20,282 nt of DNA from assembly GCF_042660085.1 (NCBI RefSeq), contig NZ_JBHSTI010000044.1, positions 1 through 20,282 on the forward strand, in the 5' to 3' direction. The DNA comes from Longivirga aurantiaca (GTDB lineage: Bacteria; Actinomycetota; Actinomycetes; S36-B12; CAIYMF01). Position 1 is the stretch's first letter, and each line of letters opens with the position of its first letter. Both the position numbers and the translations under genes were made by a program. The notes beneath the pieces are model-generated. The model was not told the DNA's origin. It worked only from the letters and a program-made list of their open reading frames with translations, and ran no database searches. Below are positions 7,608 through 16,233 of the stretch, one piece after another.

Positions 7608-9149
7608 TCAGTCCTTCCGGTCCGGGTCGTGCACGGGGTGTTCGGGTGTGCCGGTCGTCCCGGCGGTCTGGGGGGTGGCCTGCGCACCGTCGCGGGCGAT
7701 GCGGACCAGCTCGACCTCGACGGTCGCCAGCCGCGAACGCTGGTCCTGGGCCGCCGCGAGCCGGTCCGCGGCCGCACGGCCGAAGCGGTCGGCCATGTCG
7801 CCGACGGTGGCGGGGGCGGCACCGCCGATGCCGGTGCGCGTGGCCACGATCGAGACCGGGTCGACCACGTCCGCGAGCTCCTCGGGCGCGATGCCGAGGG
7901 GTGCGCCGAGCACCGCGGTGGCAGCGGCGTCGAGGCGCGCGGCGGTGATGTCGCGGCCCGTCCCGCCGTCGGCGGCCGTCGCGCGCACGGCGTGCGCGAC
8001 GACCTCGTAGGCGCTGCGATAGTCGAGGCCGCGCGTGCTCATCACGTGCTCCGCGATGTCGGTGGCCTGCGTGAACGACGCGTTCAGCGCGCGGCTCATG
8101 GCGGCCTCGTCTGCGCGCAGCCCGCCGACCACGCCGGTCATGAGCCGGGTCGCCAACGTGGCCCTCGACAGGGCCCGCGGCACCTCGCCGTACGCCACGA
8201 TGAGCCCGTCGCTGCGGGCCGACGGGGTTCGGCTCGTGGCCAGCAGACCCGTGAGCCTCCCGATGAGGACGCCGGCATGGGCGCGGACCATGCCGAGCGC
8301 ATAGGGGTTGCGCTTCTGCGGCATCATCACGCTGCTGCGGGCGTGGCCGTCGGCCAGCTCGACCCAGGCGAACTCGTCGCTGGCCCAGATCTCGAGGTCC
8401 TCCGCCAGCTTGCTGAGCGAGACCACGAGGCTCGTCGCGGCGGAGACCGCAGCGACGAGACCGTCCGTCTGCCACATCGCATCGCGGGTGTGCTCGAGCA
8501 CCCGGTCGAAGCCGAGCAGCTCGGCGGCGCGGCCGCGGTCGTAGCCGAGGCGGCCACCGTTCGTGCTGCCCACCCCGGCCGGGCTGCCTCCGAGCAGGTC
8601 CAGCTCGGCGAGGAGCCGCTGGAGGTCGCGCTCGACCGGCGGCACGAACGCCAGCAGGTAGTGGCCGAAGGTCGAGGGCTGGGCGTGCTGCAGATAGGTC
8701 TGGTCGGCAAGGTACGTGGTGGCGTAGCGCCCCGCGGCCTCGCTCGTGGCGGCACAGAATCCGGCTGCCGCCTCGACGAGGTCGAGCACGTCCTGGCGCA
8801 GTCTCAGCCGCACCGCGACGCGCACGGCCTCTCGTCGCGTGCGCGCCACGTGCAGCCAGCCCGCATCCTCGCCGATCTGCTGCGCGAAGCGTCGCTCGCG
8901 GCAGTTGTAGAGCTCGCCGTTGACGGGGTCGTAGCCGAACGCCTCGGCCGGCACGGCGTCGGCCTCCACCAGCACGTCGACGAGCCGGGCCGCCGCCGCC
9001 GCGGGCACCAGGCCCTGCTCGCGCAGCACGACGACGTGCGCGAGGTCGGCCACGTTGAGCCAGTGGTGCAGCAGCGGGGCGTCGTCCACCTCGAGGGCGA
9101 ACCCGGCCTCGACCAGCTCGGGGGCGTAGGACCCCAGCGGCTTCTTCAT
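7608..9149 (-). CDS. Fumarase/aspartase superfamily enzyme, argininosuccinate-lyase-like (candidate CoM biosynthesis lyase, XcbC1/XcbE1 type)
   Basis: 513 aa from MKKPLGSYAPELVEAGF; signature GHARSSVMMPQKRNPYALGMVRA; VGSTNGGRLGYDRGRAAELLGFDRVLEHTRDAMWQTDG. The stop is 4 nt from the 2-KPCC-like start. Confidence 0.8.
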   Translation of the reverse strand: MKKPLGSYAPELVEAGFALEVDDAPLLHHWLNVADLAHVVVLREQGLVPAAAAARLVDVLVEADAVPAEAFGYDPVNGELYNCRERRFAQQIGEDAGWLHVARTRREAVRVAVRLRLRQDVLDLVEAAAGFCAATSEAAGRYATTYLADQTYLQHAQPSTFGHYLLAFVPPVERDLQRLLAELDLLGGSPAGVGSTNGGRLGYDRGRAAELLGFDRVLEHTRDAMWQTDGLVAAVSAATSLVVSLSKLAEDLEIWASDEFAWVELADGHARSSVMMPQKRNPYALGMVRAHAGVLIGRLTGLLATSRTPSARSDGLIVAYGEVPRALSRATLATRLMTGVVGGLRADEAAMSRALNASFTQATDIAEHVMSTRGLDYRSAYEVVAHAVRATAADGGTGRDITAARLDAAATAVLGAPLGIAPEELADVVDPVSIVATRTGIGGAAPATVGDMADRFGRAAADRLAAAQDQRSRLATVEVELVRIARDGAQATPQTAGTTGTPEHPVHDPDRKD

Positions 9150-9420
9150 CGTCCGGGACCGCCTCGTCGCGTGCGGGAGCGCGGCCCGGCGCACCGGGGG
9201 ACGAGCGTCGAGGCAGCCGAGGCGCCCGGCGACGCAGGAGCGCTCCGCACGCACTCAGGATCACGATCGCGCCGCTCGGATGGCATGTCCCGACGAGACG
9301 AAGATCCCGCCCCCTCCTGTACGCAGGGGACGTGTGACCGACGAGCCGGCAGGCGCCATCGTTGGCTGGCGGCCAGACCCCTCCACCGGACCGGCTCGTG
9401 GCCACGACCGAGGAGGAACG

Positions 9421-10407
9421 ATGCCCGACGGCACGATGCTCGCAGCGCTCTACCGCGGAACCGGCCCGGCTGCCGAGGTGCTCGAGGTCGTCGAGGTCGC
9501 GCGCCCGGACCCCGGACCGGGTGAGGTGCGCGTCCGGGTCGCGGTGTCGGGCATCAACCCCACGGACGTGAAGAACCGCGCGGGGATCATGACCTGGCCG
9601 ATCGACGGCTTCCAGGTGCCCCACCACGACGGCGCCGGCACCATCGACGCGGTCGGACCGGGTGTGGATCCGGGACGGATCGGCGAGCAGGTCTGGCTGA
9701 TGATGTCCGCCCACGGCAACGCGTGGGGGACGGCGGCCCAGTGGTGCGTCGTCCCTGAGTGGAAGGCGCGGCGGCTGCCGCCCGACACCGATCCGCTGCT
9801 CGGCGCCACCCTCGGCGTGCCTGCCGTGACGGCGGCGTACGCCCTCACGGCCGACGGGTCGGTCGAGGGCCGCGACGTACTGGTGCACGGCGGCGCCGGC
9901 GCGGTGGGCCGATGCGGGATCGAGCTCGGCCGGTGGGCCGGTGCGCGGGTGATCACCACGGTGAGCAGCGAGGCCAAGGCCGAGGTCGCGAGGACCGCAG
10001 GTGCGGACCTCGTCGTCGACTACCGGACCGAGGACGTCGTCGCCGCGGTGCGCGGGTTCTCAGCCGGTGTGCACCGTGTGGTCGAGGTGTCCTTGGCGGC
10101 CAACGCCGCGATCGACACCGAGGTCTGCGCCCAGGACGCGGTCGTCGTCGTCTTCGCCACCGATGGCGGTGAGGCGGTGCTGCCCGTGCGTCCGTCGTTG
10201 CTGAAGAGCCTGTCCTTCCGCTTCATCCTTCTCTACAACCTCGACCGCGAGGCCCTCGAGCTGGCGTCGGGTGTGGTCGAGCGCGCGCTGGACGATCGGG
10301 CGCTGACCCTCCCTCCGATCACCCGGTTCGCGCTCGAGGACATCGCCGCGGCGCACCAGCTGCAGGAGAGCGGGCCGTTCGGACGCGTGCTCCTCGACAT
10401 CCCCTGA
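9421..10407 (+). CDS. MDR-superfamily NAD(P)H quinone oxidoreductase / zinc-independent alcohol dehydrogenase-like protein
   Basis: ATG 9421 preceded by GAGGAGGAACG. SGINPTDVKNRAG, PHHDGAGTIDAVG, VLVHGGAGAVGRCGIELGRWAGARVITTVSS. The track's longer start at 9280 reaches back into the divergent intergenic region. Confidence 0.85.
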   Translation: MPDGTMLAALYRGTGPAAEVLEVVEVARPDPGPGEVRVRVAVSGINPTDVKNRAGIMTWPIDGFQVPHHDGAGTIDAVGPGVDPGRIGEQVWLMMSAHGNAWGTAAQWCVVPEWKARRLPPDTDPLLGATLGVPAVTAAYALTADGSVEGRDVLVHGGAGAVGRCGIELGRWAGARVITTVSSEAKAEVARTAGADLVVDYRTEDVVAAVRGFSAGVHRVVEVSLAANAAIDTEVCAQDAVVVVFATDGGEAVLPVRPSLLKSLSFRFILLYNLDREALELASGVVERALDDRALTLPPITRFALEDIAAAHQLQESGPFGRVLLDIP

Positions 10408-10417
10408 CGGGGAGCGG

Positions 10418-11626
10418 CTACCCGCCGATGCGTCCGGCGATGATGCTCGTGATCACGACCGAGGTGATGGTGACGGTCGAGAAGCCGGCGACGATCATCT
10501 TGGGCAGGATCTGGCCCTCGATGGCCGCGACCTCCTCGGGGGTCTCGCCGGCTCCGCGCGCTGCCTCCTGCGACAGGATCATCGTGCCGGGGAAGCCGTA
10601 GAGGCTCGTGAGCCCGATCGCGACCGACATCGGGACGCTGTAGCCGAGCGTCTTGCCGACCAGCGCCGAGAAGCCGGCGATGCCGACGAGGCCGAAGGTG
10701 AAGGCGAGCAGCAGCGGGAGCGCGAGCTCGGTGACGTCGGACGGCTGGATCGTGGCCAGCGGACCGAACACCAGGATCATGATCGCGATCATCATGAGCC
10801 CGAGGGAGTCGATGCCGCCGAGCACCGACGGCTTGAAGACGCCGAGGGTTCGCAGCGCGACGCCCAGGACCAGGGCGACGACGAACGTGTTGAGCGTGCC
10901 GTTCGTGAGGTTGTTGATGCCGAGGCTGACGAGCACAGCGATGCCGACGACGAGCAGCGTGCCCGCGGTGGTGCGCAGGGCGGGAGGCAGGATCGTCCTG
11001 GGTTCGCCGCCGTCCTCCGTCGCCTCCTCGGGCACGACGAGGTTGCCGGCGCGGTACTCGCCCTTCAGCCGGTTCGCCTCGCGCTTGAGGATGATCGAGG
11101 TGAGCGGGAAGCCGATGAGGCCCTGCAGGGCGGCGATGAGCACGGGGAAGATCGCGATGCTCGTGAGCCCGACGCCGAGCGCAGCCTCCTGGATGATGAG
11201 CACCGAGATCGCACCGCCGCTGAGCGAGCCCGTGCCGGCGATGACGAAGTCGAGGGCCTGCGCGTAGCCGTCCTCGGCGGCGCCGCTGATGCGGCCGCCG
11301 AAGAGGAGGGCGGCGACGTACAGCATGATGCCGATGCCGAGGACCGTCGCGACGCCGACGAGGAACGTCTTCCACTGCTTGATGAAGTCGTCGAGGCTGA
11401 TCATCGTGCCGAGGTGCACGATGATGAACCCGACCACCACGCCCGCCAGGGCGAGCAGCGATGACGCCTGCAGCAGGTCCTCGGGGAAGATCCCGGTCAG
11501 GAAGCCGACCAGGAAGATCATCGACGCGACGAACAGCGACGACAGCAGCGACTTCGTCTTCTTGGCGACGAGGTCGCTGACCGTCCACACGGCCATGACG
11601 ACGACGAAAGCGAGCACCGGGTTCAT
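10418..11626 (-). CDS. Multi-pass integral membrane transporter, family uncertain (sodium/anion symporter-like architecture)
   Basis: Starts MNPVLAFVVVMAVWTVSDLVAKKTKSLLSSLFVASMIFLVGFLTG, GGAGG upstream of ATG at 11626; repeated hydrophobic helices and Gly-rich VIAGTGSLSGGAISVLIIQEAALG. The N-terminal part of the 718-aa track ORF is antisense of the neighbouring gene. Confidence 0.72.
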   Translation of the reverse strand: MNPVLAFVVVMAVWTVSDLVAKKTKSLLSSLFVASMIFLVGFLTGIFPEDLLQASSLLALAGVVVGFIIVHLGTMISLDDFIKQWKTFLVGVATVLGIGIMLYVAALLFGGRISGAAEDGYAQALDFVIAGTGSLSGGAISVLIIQEAALGVGLTSIAIFPVLIAALQGLIGFPLTSIILKREANRLKGEYRAGNLVVPEEATEDGGEPRTILPPALRTTAGTLLVVGIAVLVSLGINNLTNGTLNTFVVALVLGVALRTLGVFKPSVLGGIDSLGLMMIAIMILVFGPLATIQPSDVTELALPLLLAFTFGLVGIAGFSALVGKTLGYSVPMSVAIGLTSLYGFPGTMILSQEAARGAGETPEEVAAIEGQILPKMIVAGFSTVTITSVVITSIIAGRIGG

Positions 11627-11683
11627 GGGGGCCTCCGAGCCGGAACCTAGCAGCGGCTCGGCGGCTCCGCCCGTGCTCACGGT

Positions 11684-11713
11684 TTCGATCGGTGCTGGGG
11701 CGCCGGGTAGTCT
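11684..11713 (+). promoter_or_regulatory. Candidate leaderless promoter for the gene at 11723
   Basis: TTCGAT (11684-11689), 18-nt spacer, TAGTCT (11708-11713). Predicted TSS about 3 nt before ATG 11723, and no Shine-Dalgarno sequence is visible. Confidence 0.35.
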
Positions 11714-11722
11714 GGGCGCACC

Positions 11723-14065
11723 ATGAGATTGATTGAGTACGACGCCACCGACCTGACTCCGGAGGCATGGCGATCGGGTGGTGACGCTCGCGCGTTCAAC
11801 CCGACGATCGCCGAGATCGATGGCGGCTACGTGATCGCCTACCGCGTCGTCCAGGTCGACTCCGACCACCGTCGTATCGCCACCGCACGGCTCGACAGCG
11901 ACCTCGCGCTCGTGCCCGGCAGCGTCGTTGCTCTCTCCGACGAGATCACCTTCGCCGACCCGCACCTCCCCGAGCGCTCGCGGGAGTGGCACGCCGATCC
12001 CATGTTCCTGCGCCTCAAGGGGCGCCTCTACCTCCTCTGGAACGACGGCAACACGCGCCCGTTCAACCACCAGTTCCTCGCCGAGATGACCGACGACGGC
12101 CAGCACGTCGCGGCACCGGCTCGCGAGCTGACGACGGCCGACCGCCGCGAGGTCGAGAAGAACTGGGCCCTGTTCGAGTCCGACGGCGAGGTGTACCTGA
12201 GCTACACCTACCGCCCCCACCGCGTGCTGCGCGTCGACCTGGACACGACCGAGCCGACCCTCGTCGCGACCCCGGCGTACACGAGCGACTTCCCCACCGA
12301 GTACGAGCGGATCTTCGGTGTGGTGCACGGCGGCTCGCAGCCGGTGCGCGTCGGCGACACCTTCGTCACCATGGCGCACTCGAGCTTCTCGCTCCCCGAG
12401 GGCCGGGTCTACCGCGGTGTGCTCGTGGAGTTCGAGGCCACGGCGCCCTTCCGCGTGCGCCGCATGTCCAAGGCGCCGTTCGACCTGCCGAACGCCGCCG
12501 GTGCCGAGTTCAAGCACGACAAGCTGAACCCGAACGTCCACGAGGTCATCTACCCGCGCGGCCTGGTGCGTCACGGTGACGAGTGGATCGTGGCCTACGG
12601 GCTCAACGACGAGGAGTGCGCGATCGCGGTGGTGCCCGCCGCCGCGTTCGCCAGCAGCTTCGGGCCGAAGGTGTCGACGTCGTACACCCTGGGCGCCGAG
12701 GACGTCACCCTGTCGCGGCTCCGGCGCGCGCCCGCGGTGAAGACCGACGGCCGCCAGCTGCCGGTCTTCTGGTTCGACGCGAAGGGTCGGCTCTTCGACA
12801 CCTTCGTCGGCGGCCGACGGTTCGCGACGGGCAACTTCGGCGACATCGCCTCACGTCAGATCGCCGAGCAGCTCTCCGGCGTCCAGGCCCGCACCGCCCT
12901 CCCCGGGGAGCCGCGTCTGCTCGCGATCGGCTCGGTGCTCCACCGTGCGCACGACGGCGACGTCGTCTGGGGCTCGGGCGTCAAGGGCGAGAAGGACCCG
13001 CTGCCCGAGGGCATCGACCTCGATGTGCGCGCCGTGCGCGGCCCGCTCTCGCTCGAGTACCTGCAGCAGTCCGGCGTGAACACCGACCGCGTCACGCACA
13101 CCTTCGACCCGGGTGTGCTCTTCCCGCACCTGTACGCCGCAGAGCTCGCGAAGAGCCCCTCGCGCGGCGGCGACCGGATCATCCCGCACTACCACGACGA
13201 CCTCGAGATGCGTCGCCGTCTCCCGGCGTATTCCGAGTCCTTCGTCTCGGTCGACTGCACGCCGCTGGACATGATGCGTGCGATCAAGGGCGCCGACCGC
13301 GTCTTCTCGAGCTCGCTGCACGGCGTGATCTTCGCCGAGGCGATGGGCATCCCGGCGTACTGGCTGGCGCCGGTCGGCGGGGAGAACGAGCTCAAGTACT
13401 ACGACTACTACTACGGCACCGGCCGCAGGGACGTGAAGCGGTTCGAGTCGCTCGAGGACGCCATGGCCTCCGAGCCGATGCCCCTCCCGACCTTCGACAT
13501 TGAGGGCTACCTCAGCACGTTCCCGCACGACCAGGTGGCGCGGCTGGCGTCCACGTCGGTGAGCCCGGGGCAGCGCTTCGACCTCCGCAACTGGACCGGG
13601 CTGCGCCTCAACACATTCTTCGCGCTCGAGGGCTTCGACCTGCGTGACAGCAGCGGTGTCTGGATGACCTCCACGCGCGCGGCCATCGGCACGGTGGTGC
13701 GTGCCGAGCCCGGCGATCAGGTGGCCATCACCCTCGCCTTCACCCCGACCGACCGCCGGGCCCTGGCCGACTCGCTGAGCCTGCGGGCGCAGGCGAACGG
13801 CGGGCCGGTGCAGGTCGTCCGCTGGCGCAGCGGAGGCACCGGGCGCGTCGAGGTCACGCTCGCGTTCACGGCCACCGCCAAGGACACGCCCGTCCAGCTC
13901 GACCTCGAGCTCGAGGACGGCGGCCCGGTCTCGCGCCGTGGCCCCCGCGACGCCAGGCGACTGGCGCGCAAGGTGCTCCCGTCGGCGATCGCGCCGGCGT
14001 ACCGCGGCGGTCTGCTGTCGTGGGTGCGCGTCTCGTCGGTCCCGCGCGGGAGCCGTCCGGCGTAG
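11723..14065 (+). CDS. Two-domain protein: N-terminal glycosidase/phosphorylase-like beta-propeller (GH130-like) plus C-terminal polysaccharide pyruvyl-transferase-like domain
   Basis: N-terminal FNPTIAEIDGGYVIAYRVV, RIATARLDSDL, WHADPMFLRLKGRLYLLWND, EKNWALFESDGEVYLSYTYRPH. C-terminal VWGSGVKGEKDPLPEGIDLDVRAVRGPLSLEYL and FSSSLHGVIFAEAMGIPAYWLAP, resembling pyruvyl transferases. Confidence 0.7.
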   Translation: MRLIEYDATDLTPEAWRSGGDARAFNPTIAEIDGGYVIAYRVVQVDSDHRRIATARLDSDLALVPGSVVALSDEITFADPHLPERSREWHADPMFLRLKGRLYLLWNDGNTRPFNHQFLAEMTDDGQHVAAPARELTTADRREVEKNWALFESDGEVYLSYTYRPHRVLRVDLDTTEPTLVATPAYTSDFPTEYERIFGVVHGGSQPVRVGDTFVTMAHSSFSLPEGRVYRGVLVEFEATAPFRVRRMSKAPFDLPNAAGAEFKHDKLNPNVHEVIYPRGLVRHGDEWIVAYGLNDEECAIAVVPAAAFASSFGPKVSTSYTLGAEDVTLSRLRRAPAVKTDGRQLPVFWFDAKGRLFDTFVGGRRFATGNFGDIASRQIAEQLSGVQARTALPGEPRLLAIGSVLHRAHDGDVVWGSGVKGEKDPLPEGIDLDVRAVRGPLSLEYLQQSGVNTDRVTHTFDPGVLFPHLYAAELAKSPSRGGDRIIPHYHDDLEMRRRLPAYSESFVSVDCTPLDMMRAIKGADRVFSSSLHGVIFAEAMGIPAYWLAPVGGENELKYYDYYYGTGRRDVKRFESLEDAMASEPMPLPTFDIEGYLSTFPHDQVARLASTSVSPGQRFDLRNWTGLRLNTFFALEGFDLRDSSGVWMTSTRAAIGTVVRAEPGDQVAITLAFTPTDRRALADSLSLRAQANGGPVQVVRWRSGGTGRVEVTLAFTATAKDTPVQLDLELEDGGPVSRRGPRDARRLARKVLPSAIAPAYRGGLLSWVRVSSVPRGSRPA

Positions 14066-14078
14066 AGCCTGCGGGGAG

Positions 14079-14099
14079 GCCGGAGCCTCGGCTCCGGGC
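14079..14099. terminator. GC-rich hairpin between convergent genes
   Basis: CCGGAGC (14080-14086), loop CTCG, GCTCCGG (14091-14097), outer G-C pair possible with a bulge. Lies between stops at 14065 (+) and 14110 (-). Confidence 0.6.
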
Positions 14100-14109
14100 T
14101 ACCGGTGCG

Positions 14110-16227
14110 TCAGCTCGCCTGGACGCAGGCGGTGCTGTCCTTCAGGCAGGCCGTGATCTCGCGCGCCAGCCACGGGCCGAGGGTGCGGGAGTACGTGCCC
14201 GAGAGGTGCAGCCCGTCGAAGTAGACCGAGACGCCGCCGACCGCGAAGTAGCACTGCGTCTCGTCGCAGAACCGGCTCGCGATGTCGATCGTCTTGAGGT
14301 CGGGGACCCGCCTCTCCATCTCGGCGGTCACCACCTGGGCGAGGAGCGCGCGGCTCACCGGGTTCGAGCACTGGCCGTGCTGCTGGAGGCACTCCGGCCC
14401 GTCGCGCCGGCTCACGACGCCGTCGGTGAGCGGTACGTCGCTGAGCCAGATGAGCGGCTTGCCGGCTGCGCGCACGCGCGAGATCGCGTCGACGTAGCCG
14501 TCGAGCGGTCGTGAGCCGTCGGCGTACCCGGCACGGAGGTCGGCCATGACGACGAGGTCGGCCTGCGGGACGAGCGTCGATACGACCCACGCGTTGCGCT
14601 GCTTGCAGCCGGCCAGCTCCTCGGCCGTGGTCTCGCGCAGCTCGTTCGGCGGCGGCGGCTCCATCGACGCGGGGCACCCGGCCCGCGCGGCGACGATCAC
14701 CTTCATGTCGAGATCCTTGCCCACCGCGTCGAACGCGTCGCTCCAGGCGGCGGCGTGCGAGTTGCCCCAGAGCAGGAGCGTCTTCTGGCCGTTGGGATCG
14801 CCGTACTCGCAGATGATGGTGCTGAACGGGCCGAGGTCGTCCGAGCACCGCGGCTTGCGCGACGCGATCGGCAGGTCGTTGTGGCCGGCGAGCGCGGCAG
14901 CCTGGCTCACCGGCGCGAACGGGTTGGCGCAGTCGTGGTCGAGGGCTGACGCGCCGAAGCAGCTGCCCGGCGTCTTGGTCTCCTGCTCGAACTCCTCGGT
15001 GGCTGCGGCCACCCGGGTCGCGCCGGCGTTCGAGAACGCGACCGAGGCGCCCACGACGACGGCGACGGCGACCGCACCTACGGCCCAGGCGCGCGCCGTG
15101 GTGCGCAGCAGCGAGCCACGGCGGAACGGCTGCTCGACGAGGCGATAGCTCAGCTCCGAGAAGCCCAGCATCACGACCAGCAGCAGCAGGAGCTCGCCGG
15201 TGCTGAGGGCGCGGCCGAGTGCCAGCGGCGCGAAGATCAGCAGCGGCCAGTGCCAGAGGTAGACCGAGTAGGAGATGTCGCCGAGGTGCTGGATCGGGCG
15301 AGGCCCGGCGAGGCGGTCGAACGAGAACCGGCCGGTCGGCCCGCCGAGGAGCACGAGGCACGTGCCCACGGTCGGCAGGAGGGCGGCGTACCCGGGGTAG
15401 GGGGTGTCGACCGTGATGACGACCATGCCGACGCCGATGAGCACGAGCCCGACCCATGGGGCCACGCGCAGACCGCGGACCGCCACGAGGGCGACGAGCC
15501 CGCCTGCCGCCAGCTGCCAGATGCGGGCGGGGGTGACGAAGTACGCCGGGCCCGGGTTGGCCACCGTGATGTAGAGCGAGTAGACGAGGCTCGACACGAG
15601 CACCAGGCCCATGATGAGCCCGGTGATGCCGCGCCCGCCCAGCCGCCCGCGCCCGCCGAAGCGCTTCGTGATCAGGGCGCCGACGAGCAGCAGGAGCGGC
15701 CAGAAGACGTAGAACTGCTCCTCGACCGACAGGGACCAGTAGTGCTGCACCGCCGTGGGGGTCGCGCCCTCAGCGCCGTAGTCGACGGCCTGCGCCGCCA
15801 GCATCCAGTTCTCCAGCGACACCGCCGAGGCCAGGACGTGCCGCCCGAGGTCGAACCACTGCGACACCGGCACGAGGAACCAGGACGCGATGAGCACGAA
15901 CACGAGCACCACGGTGGCGGCGGGCATGATGCGGCGGATGCGTGCGGCCCAGAACCTTGCGGCGAACGCGCCGGCGCCGTACTTCGTGACGTCGCGCAGG
16001 ATCTTGCCCGTGATGAGGAAGCCGGAGACGACGAAGAAGACGTCGACGCCGGTGAAGCCGCCCGGCAGGAGCGACGGCCAGAAGTGGAAGATGACGACCG
16101 AGGTCACCGCGATCGCGCGCAGGCCCTGGATGTCGGCCCGCACGCGGTGAGCGGGGGCGGGAGAAGGGGACCCTTCGGCGGCCGCGGCGGTACCTGCCGC
16201 GTCGGCAGGGAGGGTCCCTTGGGTCAC
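14110..16227 (-). CDS. Acyltransferase family 3 (OafA/YrhL-like) membrane protein with C-terminal SGNH-type domain
   Basis: VRADIQGLRAIAVTSVVIFHFWPSLLPGGFTGVDVFFVVSGFLITG; many TM segments; C-terminal TLLLWGNSHAAAWSDAF and FDGLHLSGTYSRTLGPWLA (SGNH serine and His blocks). GTG start at 16227 preferred because of the perfect TACAAT upstream. Confidence 0.88.
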   Translation of the reverse strand: MTQGTLPADAAGTAAAAEGSPSPAPAHRVRADIQGLRAIAVTSVVIFHFWPSLLPGGFTGVDVFFVVSGFLITGKILRDVTKYGAGAFAARFWAARIRRIMPAATVVLVFVLIASWFLVPVSQWFDLGRHVLASAVSLENWMLAAQAVDYGAEGATPTAVQHYWSLSVEEQFYVFWPLLLLVGALITKRFGGRGRLGGRGITGLIMGLVLVSSLVYSLYITVANPGPAYFVTPARIWQLAAGGLVALVAVRGLRVAPWVGLVLIGVGMVVITVDTPYPGYAALLPTVGTCLVLLGGPTGRFSFDRLAGPRPIQHLGDISYSVYLWHWPLLIFAPLALGRALSTGELLLLLVVMLGFSELSYRLVEQPFRRGSLLRTTARAWAVGAVAVAVVVGASVAFSNAGATRVAAATEEFEQETKTPGSCFGASALDHDCANPFAPVSQAAALAGHNDLPIASRKPRCSDDLGPFSTIICEYGDPNGQKTLLLWGNSHAAAWSDAFDAVGKDLDMKVIVAARAGCPASMEPPPPNELRETTAEELAGCKQRNAWVVSTLVPQADLVVMADLRAGYADGSRPLDGYVDAISRVRAAGKPLIWLSDVPLTDGVVSRRDGPECLQQHGQCSNPVSRALLAQVVTAEMERRVPDLKTIDIASRFCDETQCYFAVGGVSVYFDGLHLSGTYSRTLGPWLAREITACLKDSTACVQAS

Positions 16228-16233
16228 CGGCCG

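Noticed and set aside
7041-9524. 827-aa plus-strand ORF and 777-aa minus-strand ORF (7555..9888) spanning several genes
   Set aside because: Low-complexity high-GC artefacts overlapping a well-supported lyase gene (7608..9149 -), the 2-KPCC-like gene and the MDR gene in other frames; no recognisable domain.
10233-11768. 511-aa plus-strand ORF over the transporter gene
   Set aside because: Antisense of hydrophobic coding sequence producing an Arg/His-rich product; no motif.
14099-15457. 452-aa plus-strand ORF and 349-aa ORF (15250..16299 +) over the acyltransferase gene
   Set aside because: Arg-rich mirror frames; the minus strand has unmistakable acyltransferase-3 and SGNH motifs.
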